Part shown: in pieces, positions 1 through 10,340 of the stretch
How the letters are laid out: every line of letters starts with the position of its first letter
How positions within the stretch are numbered: position 1 is the first letter of the stretch
NCBI GenBank assembly: GCA_949295915.1
Contig: CASFNB010000004.1
Span: 4,294 to 68,293 of the forward strand
Direction of reading: 5' to 3'
Source: an uncultured Pseudomonadota bacterium
GTDB taxonomy: Bacteria > Pseudomonadota > Alphaproteobacteria > RF32 > CAG-239
Length of the DNA: 64,000 bases
The notes under the pieces: model-generated
Told to the model about the DNA's origin: nothing
Seen by the model: only the letters and a program-made list of their open reading frames with translations
The model's database searches: none
Translations under genes and position numbers: made by a program

Positions 1-1067
1 ATTTTCTCGGCTAAGTTATCTTTCCCCAAATTATGTAAGGTTTTGAATATATCAAGAAGGTTATCTGTTTCTGACTGTTTTTGAACGGACGTTGACAGCA
101 AGTCTTTCAAAACATCAAGGATGGACGGCAAATTTTGCGTCAACTTTCTACTGGCACTTAATTCTTCCAAATGGGTGGGTAAAACGGAATCTTCTATATG
201 AATATTTTTTATTTCCAATAGAACGTTGCTTAAATTTTCTAATTTTATGGGTTTATCGGGCAAAAAATTACCTAACGTTGTGCGTAACGCTAAAAGTTTG
301 CTGTCCGGATTGGAAAATGCCGTTCCCGTCATCAAGGCATTTTTTAAGGGTAAAAGCTCGTTTTTTATTTGGAAAACAAAATGCTCTATATCTGCTGCTT
401 GCGGTTTTTGACGCCCGAAATTTTCCGTAAAATTTTTCATCACCAATTCTATGCGGTGCATGGCATTTTTTATGGTATTTCCCTCGGCAATTTTTACTGA
501 CGCGCTATTGGCTTCCAAACGCAAATTAACGCTGATTTCTGACTTTTGAAAATTATCTTCCAACACCTGTCCGACCATGTTCGGAAGATGCAACTTTGTG
601 CTCATATTTTTTAGCATTGCCCCGAGCTTTAACGGATGAAACTCGGAAATATTTTTATTTGTAGAAATATTCAAAAGCGGTGATGTGGTGTCTATGTCTT
701 GTATCTGCTGCGGCTGACGAACAACTTTTTCATTATTCACTGACACCAATTTTATGTCTGCCTGCCCTTTTTCATTGATATTATTTATTTTTATCTGAAT
801 GTTTCCACCTTGCTCTTGCGGTAATTTAACCGGTGCTTCCAACTTTATTTCTACCGGAATTTTTTGCCCAGAAACATCTATTCCCGCCTTGATTTCGCTT
901 CCGAAATCCAGTCCTTCCGTCATCAATAGTTCCAACAGATAGCTTTGCCCCGGTTTGAGGGTAATTTGCACCTCCGTCGGCAAGTTTGGAATATTGCCGG
1001 AAACCCCACTTTCCGTTCCGGAGATATTGCCGCTTGGATTGCTTAACGGTGGAATAACATTATCCAT
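1..1067 (-). CDS. Hypothetical protein, runs off the window start (partial); last visible gene of the flagellar class II operon
   Basis: Manual translation from ATG at 1067 (MDNVIPPLSNPSGNISGTESG...LHNLGKDNLAEK) stays open to base 1; overlaps the flhG stop by 8 bp; absent from the ORF track. Confidence 0.8.
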   Translation of the reverse strand, partial: MDNVIPPLSNPSGNISGTESGVSGNIPNLPTEVQITLKPGQSYLLELLMTEGLDFGSEIKAGIDVSGQKIPVEIKLEAPVKLPQEQGGNIQIKINNINEKGQADIKLVSVNNEKVVRQPQQIQDIDTTSPLLNISTNKNISEFHPLKLGAMLKNMSTKLHLPNMVGQVLEDNFQKSEISVNLRLEANSASVKIAEGNTIKNAMHRIELVMKNFTENFGRQKPQAADIEHFVFQIKNELLPLKNALMTGTAFSNPDSKLLALRTTLGNFLPDKPIKLENLSNVLLEIKNIHIEDSVLPTHLEELSASRKLTQNLPSILDVLKDLLSTSVQKQSETDNLLDIFKTLHNLGKDNLAEK

Positions 1068-1872
1068 TGGCAAGCAACCTCTTGGCGATAGCGATAACAT
1101 CTTCCGATGCTTCCGATGTCGGATAGCGATTGATTATCGGCGTTTGGTTACGAATGGCATCTCGCACACGCGTATCGCGACGGATGATTCCCAACAAAGG
1201 CGGATTTATCTTCAAAAAATTGTTACATGCCTTGAGCAAAGTATCATAGGTTCTTTGTCCCTCTCTCAGCGAATTGGCTTGATTGACAACTAAACTTATC
1301 TCACTCTTGGGATATTGCATGGTCATGATTTTGATAAAAGCATAAGCATCGGTCAATGAGGTGGGCTCATCCGTACATATAACTATTATCTTTTCCGCCA
1401 TTCCCGACAGAATACGCACCGGCTTTTCAACCCCCGCACCCATATCCAAAATCACTTTATTGTACGAAGACGCCAACAAGGACAAATCTTCTCCTAAAAT
1501 TTGCAATCTGCCAATCGGCATTGAAGCCAAACCTGCCGAACCGGAGCGTCCGGCAATAATGTCAAAATGTCCTTTCGAGCATTGTTGCACAACTTGGTTT
1601 AAGGTTACTTTACCGGCAACAACACTGCCTAAATCATACTTCGACATCAGCCCTAACTGAATGTCAATATTCGCCAACCCCAAATCACCGTCAAACAACA
1701 AAGTTTTTTGTTTGAGCAAGCTCAAAGCATGCGCCAAGGTTATGGAAAACCATGTCTTTCCGACACCGCCTTTGCCAGAGGCGACGGCTATCATATTACG
1801 CCCTTTTCTAACGCTACGACTTAGCGGTGCGCGTGGCATAACTTTTAATTCTTCCGTTGTTTGATTTTCCAT
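1060..1872 (-). CDS. flhG: MinD/ParA-family flagellar number regulator FlhG/FleN
   Basis: Deviant Walker A SGKGGVGKT, DGDLGLANID, DMGAG, EPTSLTDAYA; directly downstream of flhF. Confidence 0.9.
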   Translation of the reverse strand: MENQTTEELKVMPRAPLSRSVRKGRNMIAVASGKGGVGKTWFSITLAHALSLLKQKTLLFDGDLGLANIDIQLGLMSKYDLGSVVAGKVTLNQVVQQCSKGHFDIIAGRSGSAGLASMPIGRLQILGEDLSLLASSYNKVILDMGAGVEKPVRILSGMAEKIIVICTDEPTSLTDAYAFIKIMTMQYPKSEISLVVNQANSLREGQRTYDTLLKACNNFLKINPPLLGIIRRDTRVRDAIRNQTPIINRYPTSEASEDVIAIAKRLLANG

Positions 1873-1886
1873 TGCTTTCTTCCCAT

Positions 1887-2849
1887 TTATTCTTCACATA
1901 AAATAAGTTTGGCTAATGATTTTTCATTTATTTCCGCTAAGCCGTTTGCTATTGATGCTCCGACGCTTCCGGCATAATAACCCAAATCACAGCAGGCGGC
2001 AACTGACAATACCGTACCGATGCGGCGCGTTAAATCTAACCTTGTCGGCAAAAGATATTGTGCGCCCATATCCATAAATATCTCACCGATTTCTACGGCT
2101 TCCATTGTATTGCGTCCTGCATCCAAAGTTAAAATTTTTTGCCCTTGCACAATATCACAAAATTCGGCAACGCGAGAAACTTCTTTTTCAATAAAAGGAT
2201 TAATCCCCGGCGTATCTATCAAAACCAAGCCATATTTATTTTTGCATTCCTTGACCTTTTGTGCCAATTCTGCTTTGTCCTTGCAAAAATAAAAATCTAC
2301 ATTCAAAATTTCGGCAAAGGCTTCCAACTGTTTATTGGCACCGGCACGCACATTATCGGTGCTGATGATGCAGCTTGAAATTTTATGCAGTTTGGCTTGG
2401 GTTGCCACTTTGGCAATGGCAGTTGATTTTCCGCTCCCCGGTGTGCCCATAAACAATTTTACCGGATGACGCATATCTAAAATATCAGTAAATACATATA
2501 ATTTGGCAAGTGTTCTTTCTAATACCGATTTTTCATCTTTTTGCGAAAGTTCTCTACTTTCTTGTCTTGCCGTGGCTAAAATTTTTCCGGCAACGACATC
2601 TATCACATCATGATATTCCAAACATTCTCTTAAATGTTGTTCTTCAAATATCTGTGTCGAAGAAAGTGTTTCTATCTTTTCTTCTTCATCAAAGAAAAAC
2701 TCTTCTTTTTCATCGATAGCCACAGATACACTGATTTTGCCGTCTTGTGTCTTGTCTGAAGAAATGATGATGGCATCATCGCCTAACTCTGACTTGATTT
2801 GCGCCAGAGCTTCGGTCATGTTTGCGGCGATAATCTGCTTTATTTTCAT
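1887..2849 (-). CDS. flhF: Flagellar SRP-type GTPase FlhF (short form)
   Basis: N-terminal MKIKQIIAANMTEALAQIKSELGDDAIIIS, GTPGSGKST, DTPG, TRLD; lies between flhA and flhG. Confidence 0.85.
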   Translation of the reverse strand: MKIKQIIAANMTEALAQIKSELGDDAIIISSDKTQDGKISVSVAIDEKEEFFFDEEEKIETLSSTQIFEEQHLRECLEYHDVIDVVAGKILATARQESRELSQKDEKSVLERTLAKLYVFTDILDMRHPVKLFMGTPGSGKSTAIAKVATQAKLHKISSCIISTDNVRAGANKQLEAFAEILNVDFYFCKDKAELAQKVKECKNKYGLVLIDTPGINPFIEKEVSRVAEFCDIVQGQKILTLDAGRNTMEAVEIGEIFMDMGAQYLLPTRLDLTRRIGTVLSVAACCDLGYYAGSVGASIANGLAEINEKSLAKLILCEE

Positions 2850-2858
2850 GTCTTAGCC

Positions 2859-4961
2859 TCAAATTTGACCAACGGTTTTAATCTTGGCTTTGGGGTGAAT
2901 TTCATTTTGTGACATGACCACCGTCATCGGGCGGAAACGCTCAATAATCGAGCGAACAAACGGTCTGATATTGGGGCTGGTGAGCAACACCGGATTTTCA
3001 CCCTTAGCTGCCAAACCTTCAATAACATCTCTCACCTTGGTAATGAAGTTTTGCAACGTGCTCGGTGCCATAGCTAATTGTCTGTCATCCCCCTCCCCGA
3101 TGATTGACTCGGCAAAAGCCTGTTCCCAAGACGGAGACAAGGTTACCAAAGAGATAACGCCAAACTCGTTAGCATAGGCATTGGACAATTGGCGGGACAA
3201 ACGAGTGCGAACATGCTCGGTTATCATCATCAAGCTACGGGTGGTGGTAACTGCTTCGGATATGCCTTCTAAGATGGTCGGCAAATCGCGAATCGAAACA
3301 CGTTCTTGCAACAGATTTTGCAATATGCGTTGAACCGCTCCCAAGCTAACTTTGTTCGGGATAAGTTCTTTCACTAATTTTTGTTGTTCTTTATCCAACT
3401 CATCAAGAAGTTTTTGCGTTTCGGCATAGGACAACAATTCGGGCATATTATCTTTTACCAACTCGGTAATATGTGTGGTTACAACCGTTGACGGATCTAC
3501 CACCGTATAGCCCCTGAACATGGCTTCTTCTCGATAAGACTGATCTACCCACATGGCTTTCAAGCCAAAAGTCGGCTCGGTCGTATCTTCTCCGGGGAGG
3601 TTGATTTTCTCTCCTCTGGGATCCATAACCAACAACTGTGTCGGTCGCAATTCTCCCCGTCCGGCTTTAACTTCTTTGATGTAAATGTTATATTCGTTCG
3701 GCGCCAACTGCATATTATCCTGAATGCGAATCGAAGGCATGACAAAGCCTAATTCAGATGCCAATGCTCGGCGCAATGCCTTAATTTGATCGGTTAATTT
3801 TTTATTGGTTTCTTCATTAATCAAGGGCAACAAGCCATAGCCGATTTCCAAACGAATCAAATCTATGCGCAGAGCGGTGGAGATTGGTTCTTCCGCAGCT
3901 TTGGCTCCGACTTGTTTTTGCTCTTGCTCCATCACCTCTTGAGCTTGCGCCTGAACTTCTTTTTGCCGCTTATCCAAATAATATGCCGTGCTTCCGGTTA
4001 ATGCCGCCAACATCACAAACGGAATGGCCGGTGTACCGGGCAGCATACCTAATGCCAAAGCCAAAAATGCCGACATGCCCAGCGCTTTCGGATAGTTGGC
4101 AACTTGGTCAAACAATACTTTATCCGTGGCATCGGTCATACCGGCCTTGGAAACCAAAATACCGGCAGCAACCGAAACAATCAATGCCGGAACTTGGGAA
4201 ACCAGACCATCACCGACTGTCAACTGTGTATAAGTTGAACCGGCTTCGGCAAAGCTTAAATCATTTTGCACCATACCGATTATTATTCCGGCAACTATAT
4301 TGATAAATGTAATCAGTAAACCGGCTATGGCATCTCCTCTGACAAATTTGCTGGCACCGTCCATGGCTCCGTAAAATGAGCTTTCTTTAGATAAATCTTC
4401 ACGGCGTTTTCTGGCTTCATCTTCATTTATCAAGCCCGAAGATAAATCGGCATCAATTGCCATTTGTTTACCGGGCATGGCATCCAAAGCAAAACGAGCG
4501 GCAACTTCGGCTATACGTCCGGAACCTTTGGTAATGACAACAAAGTTTACCAAGACCAAAATGGCAAATACAATCACACCAATGACAAAGTTGTTCCCCA
4601 TGATAAAGCCACCGAAAGCCTTAATGACCTCTCCGGCAGCATCGGGACCGGTATAACCTTCGGATAAAATCAAACGCGTTGATGCCAGGTTCAATGCCAG
4701 ACGATACATGGTGGTAATCAACAATACCAACGGGAAAGCACTAAATTCGGTCGGCTTTTCAATAAAAATAGCGGTCATTAAAACCAAACAAGACATGGTG
4801 ATGGACAAGGCTAAAGCAATATCCAATAACCATGCCGGCATCGGCATAATCAAAATCACCAACATCAAAATAATTGACAATGCAAAAAGCAAGTCGCCGC
4901 GTTTGGTGGCTCCAACCAGCATCTCTTTGAATGATTTATTACCGAATAAATTATTTTGCAT
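2859..4961 (-). CDS. flhA: Flagellar export gate protein FlhA
   Basis: ITKGSGRIAEVAARFALDAMPGKQMAIDADL, FYGAMDGASKFVRGDAIAG; 700 aa. Confidence 0.98.
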   Translation of the reverse strand: MQNNLFGNKSFKEMLVGATKRGDLLFALSIILMLVILIMPMPAWLLDIALALSITMSCLVLMTAIFIEKPTEFSAFPLVLLITTMYRLALNLASTRLILSEGYTGPDAAGEVIKAFGGFIMGNNFVIGVIVFAILVLVNFVVITKGSGRIAEVAARFALDAMPGKQMAIDADLSSGLINEDEARKRREDLSKESSFYGAMDGASKFVRGDAIAGLLITFINIVAGIIIGMVQNDLSFAEAGSTYTQLTVGDGLVSQVPALIVSVAAGILVSKAGMTDATDKVLFDQVANYPKALGMSAFLALALGMLPGTPAIPFVMLAALTGSTAYYLDKRQKEVQAQAQEVMEQEQKQVGAKAAEEPISTALRIDLIRLEIGYGLLPLINEETNKKLTDQIKALRRALASELGFVMPSIRIQDNMQLAPNEYNIYIKEVKAGRGELRPTQLLVMDPRGEKINLPGEDTTEPTFGLKAMWVDQSYREEAMFRGYTVVDPSTVVTTHITELVKDNMPELLSYAETQKLLDELDKEQQKLVKELIPNKVSLGAVQRILQNLLQERVSIRDLPTILEGISEAVTTTRSLMMITEHVRTRLSRQLSNAYANEFGVISLVTLSPSWEQAFAESIIGEGDDRQLAMAPSTLQNFITKVRDVIEGLAAKGENPVLLTSPNIRPFVRSIIERFRPMTVVMSQNEIHPKAKIKTVGQI

Positions 4962-4978
4962 GGTTCTTGTTTTTTATC

Positions 4979-6316
4979 CTATTGTTTATCCGTTTCTATC
5001 TCAAAACCTTCTTCTTCATATTGTTTGAGTTTGTTGCGCAAGGTGCGAATCGATATTCCTAAAATTTGTGCCGCTACCGTTCGATTTCCTAAAGTATGTT
5101 TGAGCGTATCTATAATCAAATTGCGCTCCATGGAGGCAACAGTTGTGCCAAACTGCGGCGTAATAGTCGGGTTTACCGTCGTTTCGTTTGTGCTCTCCGA
5201 TTTATTGATAATGGAATCAACATCATCCAAAATGATGGCATCTTCTTCAATTTGTTCACCGGGGCTTAATAAAACGGCACGATGGATGGTGTTTTCCAAC
5301 TCTCGAACATTACCGGGCCAAAGATAATTTAACAATTTTTCTTCTGCGGCTTGTGTCATCGGTTTCATCGGTAATTCGTTCAATTCGGAATATTTTTTTA
5401 CAAAGTGCTTTGCCAAAACCACAATATCTCCGGGGCGGTCTTTTAATGCCGGAATTTGAATATTTACCACATTCAAACGATAATACAAATCTTGGCGGAA
5501 GGTTCCGTTTTTCACGGCTTCGGTTAAATCACGGTTTGAAGTGGCAATAATACGCGTGTTTACTTTGATTGGCGCTTTGCCGCCGATGCGGTCAATCTCT
5601 TTTTCTTGAATGGCGCGCAACAATTTGGCTTGAATACCGATATCCATTTCCGAAATTTCATCAAGAAGCAAGGTTCCGTCCTTTGCCTCTTCAAATTTAC
5701 CGATACGACGGGCAACGGCTCCGGTAAAGGCGCCTTTTTCATAGCCGAACAATTCTGATTCCAACAAAGTTTCGGGAATGGCGGCACAATTTACGGCAAC
5801 AAATTTTTTGTTGGCACGTTTGGAGTTATCATGAATGAAACGTGAAAAAATTTCTTTACCTGTTCCGGATGCACCGGTCAGCAAAACACTTGCTTCAGAC
5901 GGGGCAATCTGTTTTGCCATTTTTAAAACGGCTTCAGTCTTTTTATCTCCATAAATTAAGGCATGATTTTCTCGGGTGGCTGCTGCCAAAACCGCACCTA
6001 TCAACTCCGGATCCGGCGGAAGGGGGATATACTCCTTGGCTCCGGCTTTGATGGCTTTGACGGCTAAGGTCGGATCATTGGCAACACCGCAAGCAACAAC
6101 CAAAACATTAATGCGCTCGCTTTCCAATGATTTGATAAAACGGTAAATATCTAATTTGACATCTATCATCACCAACTCAACAGATTTACCCGAACGCAGT
6201 ATTGCCAATGCAGAATCTTCATTATCTGCCAAAGAAACATGCCCGCCCTGTGCTATGGCTATTTTACTGGCAGCTCCGATTTGTCCTTCCAATGTTCCGA
6301 CAATGAGTAATTCCAC
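4979..6316 (-). CDS. flbD: Sigma-54-dependent flagellar activator FlbD (atypical receiver, AAA+, Fis-type HTH)
   Basis: GASGTGKE, ESELFGYEKGAFTGA, LLLDEISEM, WPGNVRELEN, C-terminal HTH; position in the fliF operon. Confidence 0.9.
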   Translation of the reverse strand: MELLIVGTLEGQIGAASKIAIAQGGHVSLADNEDSALAILRSGKSVELVMIDVKLDIYRFIKSLESERINVLVVACGVANDPTLAVKAIKAGAKEYIPLPPDPELIGAVLAAATRENHALIYGDKKTEAVLKMAKQIAPSEASVLLTGASGTGKEIFSRFIHDNSKRANKKFVAVNCAAIPETLLESELFGYEKGAFTGAVARRIGKFEEAKDGTLLLDEISEMDIGIQAKLLRAIQEKEIDRIGGKAPIKVNTRIIATSNRDLTEAVKNGTFRQDLYYRLNVVNIQIPALKDRPGDIVVLAKHFVKKYSELNELPMKPMTQAAEEKLLNYLWPGNVRELENTIHRAVLLSPGEQIEEDAIILDDVDSIINKSESTNETTVNPTITPQFGTTVASMERNLIIDTLKHTLGNRTVAAQILGISIRTLRNKLKQYEEEGFEIETDKQ

Positions 6317-6338
6317 TTTTCTATCCCTCTTTCTTTAT

Positions 6339-6692
6339 CTATTTAGTGGCTTTGACAACCTCTGTCATGGTAATGCCTAATTTATCGTCAACCACAACAA
6401 CCTCACCTCTGGCAACCAGATTGTTGTTCACATAAATATCTATTGCTTCGCCGACTTTTCTATCCAGCTCAATGATGGCGCCTTTATTTAAGCTCATTAA
6501 TTGGCTGACTTTCATTTTGGTTTTGCCCAATACGGCTGAAACCTTAACCGGTATATCATATACCGCTTCCAAATCATTGACTGAACTCGGAATATTGAAA
6601 TTATCCATATCTTCCTGAGTGCGCAAAATCGGCTCTTCATTATCTGCACCGGCATCTTGCATTTCATCTAACTCTAAATTTTTATCTACCAT
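6339..6692 (-). CDS. fliN: Flagellar motor switch protein FliN
   Basis: DIPVKVSAVLGKTKMKVSQLMSLNKGAIIELDRKVGEAIDIYVNNNLVARGEVVVVDDKLGI. Confidence 0.95.
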   Translation of the reverse strand: MVDKNLELDEMQDAGADNEEPILRTQEDMDNFNIPSSVNDLEAVYDIPVKVSAVLGKTKMKVSQLMSLNKGAIIELDRKVGEAIDIYVNNNLVARGEVVVVDDKLGITMTEVVKATK

Positions 6693-6703
6693 ATTCCCCT
6701 CTT

Positions 6704-7477
6704 TTAGTCTTTGCTTGTATTAGCTTCAAATATTTTATCCGTTTTGTCCAGCATTTTTGTGCTGTTTCGCTCAACTCCGCCATTTTCCCATTCTACTCTG
6801 CAATCGGAAACCTGCATCTTTTCATCCTTATGTAAAGATATTTTTCCTTCATAATCATGAATATTGGCTAAACGAGCAATTTCTTCCTGAACATACGGGA
6901 TTGTTTCCGGATGAAAATAAAAAGCCAATTTACTTTCGTTCTTAAACTGAGAAAAATTCTTTTCCAAAAAACTTTTCACCAATTTTTCTGCTTGCGTCTT
7001 TTCTATTACCGGAATCAATTTATGTATAATTTCCTTACTTAAAGAAATGATTTGATTATTTTCTGCTTTGTCCCGCGAATCCATATCTGCCGATAACATC
7101 ATCAAATGATTGTTAATTTCGCTAAGCAATTTGTTGCGCTCTGCTTCTTGTTCCGACTTGGCTTGTTTATAACCGGCTTCATACCCTTCACTTCTTGCCT
7201 TATTTTCTTTTTCGGCGACTTCTTCTTCCGTATATGTGATTATATCTTCAATAATCTCGGGGGCAGGCTCCTTCTCCGGCTCTTTTTCCGGCTCGGGAAC
7301 AATCTCATGAACAATCTCCGGCTCTGCTTGTTCTTCTTGAGGCTCTTCCTCTGCCTTATCTTCTTCGATCGGTTCCTCCACTTCTATATGACTGTTTTCC
7401 CAATCTTCCGAAAACGGATGGTTATCTTCATCTAAAATGAAGTTATCAAATGCAAATTTTTGATATTTTACCATCAT
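6704..7477 (-). CDS. fliH: Flagellar assembly protein FliH
   Basis: Between fliG and fliN; acidic Pro/Glu-rich N-terminus, GYEAGYKQA repeat, CRVEWENGGVER. Confidence 0.8.
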   Translation of the reverse strand: MMVKYQKFAFDNFILDEDNHPFSEDWENSHIEVEEPIEEDKAEEEPQEEQAEPEIVHEIVPEPEKEPEKEPAPEIIEDIITYTEEEVAEKENKARSEGYEAGYKQAKSEQEAERNKLLSEINNHLMMLSADMDSRDKAENNQIISLSKEIIHKLIPVIEKTQAEKLVKSFLEKNFSQFKNESKLAFYFHPETIPYVQEEIARLANIHDYEGKISLHKDEKMQVSDCRVEWENGGVERNSTKMLDKTDKIFEANTSKD

Positions 7478-7492
7478 TCGTTCCCGTTATTT

Positions 7493-8515
7493 TTAATAAA
7501 TCAATTCATCATTCTCTTTACCTTCACTAATGACAATCTCTCCGGCATTGGAAAGTTCTTTAGTGGTGGTAACAATGTATTGTTGAGCCTCTTCAACATC
7601 GCGCAGACGAACAGGTCCCATGGCTTCCATATCTTCTTTAATAATTTTACCGGCACGCGTCGACATATTATTGAAGAACAAGTCTTTTATGGTATCTGAT
7701 GCACCCTTCAAAGCTATTGCCAATTTATCTTTATCAACATTGCGTAACAATACCTGAATGCCTTGAGAATCAACACGGATGAGATCTTCAAAGGTAAACA
7801 TAAGAGATTTAACACGTTCGGCACTCTCACGGTTACGCTCTTCCAATGCTTCCATAAAGCGTGTTTCCGTGTTGCGATCCAATGAATTGAAGATATCGGC
7901 AATAAGTTCGTGAGAATCGCGACGAGAAGATTTGGATAGGTTGCTCATAAACTCTTTACGCAAAGTTTTTTCCAAGCCATCCAATACTTCTTTTTGAACC
8001 GAATCCATCCTGAGCATACGCATAACAATTTCCATGGCAAAGTTTTCCGGTAACAGAGCAATAACTTTGGCGGCATGTTCGGCTTTTATCTTAGACAAGA
8101 TAACGGCAATGGTTTGCGGATATTCATTCTTGAGGTAGTTGGCTAATACGTGTTCATTAACATTACCCAATTTATCCCACATGGTACGTCCGGCCGGGCC
8201 TCTGATTTCTTCCATAATGACGGAAACTCGGTCTTTATCCAAGGCTTTAGACAACAGACGTTCCGTACTTTCGTAAGTACCCATCAACATACCGCTGTTT
8301 GATGCACGTTCGACAAACTCATCAAACAACTGTTCAACAATATTGGAATTCACCTTTCCCAAGCTGGCCATGACTACGGAAAGCTCTTTGATTTCTTCAT
8401 CATCCATTAAAGAAAATAAAGATGAAGAACGTTCTTCATTTAAGGACAACATTAAAATAGCCGCTTTTTGCTGTCCGGTAAGTAAATTATAATCATCTAT
8501 CACATTTTGCTTCAT
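7493..8515 (-). CDS. fliG: Flagellar motor switch protein FliG
   Basis: LTGQQKAAILMLSL, YLKNEYPQTIAVILS, MFTFEDL, NMSTRAGKIIKEDMEAMGPVRLRDVEEAQ. Confidence 0.98.
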   Translation of the reverse strand: MKQNVIDDYNLLTGQQKAAILMLSLNEERSSSLFSLMDDEEIKELSVVMASLGKVNSNIVEQLFDEFVERASNSGMLMGTYESTERLLSKALDKDRVSVIMEEIRGPAGRTMWDKLGNVNEHVLANYLKNEYPQTIAVILSKIKAEHAAKVIALLPENFAMEIVMRMLRMDSVQKEVLDGLEKTLRKEFMSNLSKSSRRDSHELIADIFNSLDRNTETRFMEALEERNRESAERVKSLMFTFEDLIRVDSQGIQVLLRNVDKDKLAIALKGASDTIKDLFFNNMSTRAGKIIKEDMEAMGPVRLRDVEEAQQYIVTTTKELSNAGEIVISEGKENDELIY

Positions 8516-8532
8516 TTTATTTTCCTTAAACT

Positions 8533-10161
8533 TTAGTTTCCGTCACTGGAATATAACCAACTACGAATGATACTGACTGCCGTCTCAGGATTTTTCTCAA
8601 TAATATCGTTAATTTTTTTCAAAGAAGAAACTTTAACGCGACCATCGACCTTATTCAAGTTGACCAACTCATCCAAATCAGCATCGTTATCATTTAAGAA
8701 ATTAGACAACAGCAAGTTATCATCATCGGCATTTTCTCCTAAGAGTTTGCTATTTGAGCCCAATTGAGAGGCATTATCAAACGCATTGTTGATTAACGGA
8801 CGAATGACAAGCAAAATTACAAGTATGGCAACTATGGCAACACCCAAACCTTCGGCTATTCTCATTAATTCTGCCTTGGTAAAGCCCATAATCAAAATTT
8901 CCGGTGCTTTTTCAACTTCGTTCTCAATTGATGCAAAGCGGATATTCTCAACTTCTACCATATCTCCGCGATTGGCATCAAACCCGACGGCAGACTTAAC
9001 CAATGATTTTAATTGTTCCATTTCTTCTACTGTTCGCGGACGATAAACCATATTACCTTCGGCATCCTTCTCATATACACCATCAACCATAACGGCTACC
9101 GTTAGACGCTTGATTTCTCCATTGGTTTTGACTTTGTTTCGTACCGTTTTGGAAATTTCATAATTTACGGTTTCTTCCGTTTTTGAATTTTGAGAAACAA
9201 TGCCACTATTTTGCGTTACCGTGTCTCCGTTGGGAATATTTTGCGACACCGTTACAGGGCTTTCGTTTTCGTTAGAAATTCCACTTTCACTTATTGTTTG
9301 CATGGAGCGGGCCACTTGAGAGTCCGGATCATAAATCTCTTCATTGGTCACAACCTGATCAAAGTCCATTTCCAAGTTAACTCTTGCTTTGGCTTTGCCT
9401 TGACCGACAGCCTTTTCCATCAACTCTTCTACACTTTTGGTCATTTTACGTTCTTGCTCAAGACGCAAAACTTCATTGGTGGCATTGTCCAAACTTTGTT
9501 TATCTTCATTATCGTTGGTTAAAAGCTTACCCGTACTATCAACGATTGATACGTTTTTGACATCAAGCTTCGGAACTGCCGCTGCCACTAACTTTTGGAT
9601 AGATTGAATTTCTTTTAGATCCAATGTTCCGTTTATTGTTTTTATTACAACAGAGGCTGAGGGCTGTTGTTCTTCTCTTGAAAACATTTCTCTTTTCGGC
9701 AAAACCAAATGAACGCGCGCACTTTTAATGTTATCAACAGAGCGAATCGTCCGCGCCAATTCTCCTTCTAAAGCGCGAATCAAATTGATATTTTGCACAA
9801 AATTGGTTGTTCCTAAAGCATCGGTATTATCAAAAATTTCGTATCCGACATTAGATCCTTTGGAGGCCAATGCCAATTCTGCCGTTTCTACACGCATTTT
9901 ATTGACTTTGTCTTGCGGGACTAAAATTTCCGCTCCGTTTTTGGTTAATTTGTATTTGATATTTTCTGCCTCCAATCGGGAGACAATCTGCTTGGCATCT
10001 TCCAATTCCAAATCCGTATAGAGGACGGAATATTCTACAGAATTTACCTGCATGACTATATATGTAAAAAAGCTAATCAAAAAAATGACTATCGCTGCCA
10101 AAGATATTAATCGTCCCGGCGATAAATTTTTAATACCTTGCCAAAAGTTATTCACTTGCAT
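8533..10161 (-). CDS. fliF: Flagellar MS-ring protein FliF
   Basis: Two TM segments, GYEIFD, RALEGELARTI, SARVHLVLPKREMF, RLTVAVMVDG. Confidence 0.97.
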   Translation of the reverse strand: MQVNNFWQGIKNLSPGRLISLAAIVIFLISFFTYIVMQVNSVEYSVLYTDLELEDAKQIVSRLEAENIKYKLTKNGAEILVPQDKVNKMRVETAELALASKGSNVGYEIFDNTDALGTTNFVQNINLIRALEGELARTIRSVDNIKSARVHLVLPKREMFSREEQQPSASVVIKTINGTLDLKEIQSIQKLVAAAVPKLDVKNVSIVDSTGKLLTNDNEDKQSLDNATNEVLRLEQERKMTKSVEELMEKAVGQGKAKARVNLEMDFDQVVTNEEIYDPDSQVARSMQTISESGISNENESPVTVSQNIPNGDTVTQNSGIVSQNSKTEETVNYEISKTVRNKVKTNGEIKRLTVAVMVDGVYEKDAEGNMVYRPRTVEEMEQLKSLVKSAVGFDANRGDMVEVENIRFASIENEVEKAPEILIMGFTKAELMRIAEGLGVAIVAILVILLVIRPLINNAFDNASQLGSNSKLLGENADDDNLLLSNFLNDNDADLDELVNLNKVDGRVKVSSLKKINDIIEKNPETAVSIIRSWLYSSDGN

Positions 10162-10285
10162 TCCCCAATTACAAAGCTCTTCGCTCTCAAAAAAATAAAA
10201 ATACTTCCCTTTCGTTATACATAACTGAATTTTTTATTTAGTTAAATGATATTTTAAAATATTCACAGCTTATCCGCTCTCATAT

Positions 10286-10312
10286 AAAAAAGCCTCGCTT
10301 TTCGGCGAGGCT
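10286..10312 (-). terminator. Intrinsic terminator after flgE
   Basis: Minus strand AGCCTCGC-cgaaaa-GCGAGGCT followed by TTTTT. Confidence 0.8.
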
Positions 10313-10340
10313 AACTTTAGGAAGAATGTTTTTACCGCAA

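Noticed and set aside
1887-2849. FlhF GTPase motif variants (DNVR, TRLD) as a sign of inactivation
   Set aside because: Similar variants and the short N-terminus are plausible for alphaproteobacterial FlhF; insufficient basis.
4979-6316. FlbD receiver lacking the acidic pocket and conserved Lys
   Set aside because: An atypical receiver is expected for FlbD orthologs, so it is not novel.
10241-10257. CtrA box upstream of fliF (and at 15601-15617 upstream of flaF)
   Set aside because: Spacing is N8, or N7 with a mismatch, in very AT-rich DNA; not distinguishable from chance by eye.
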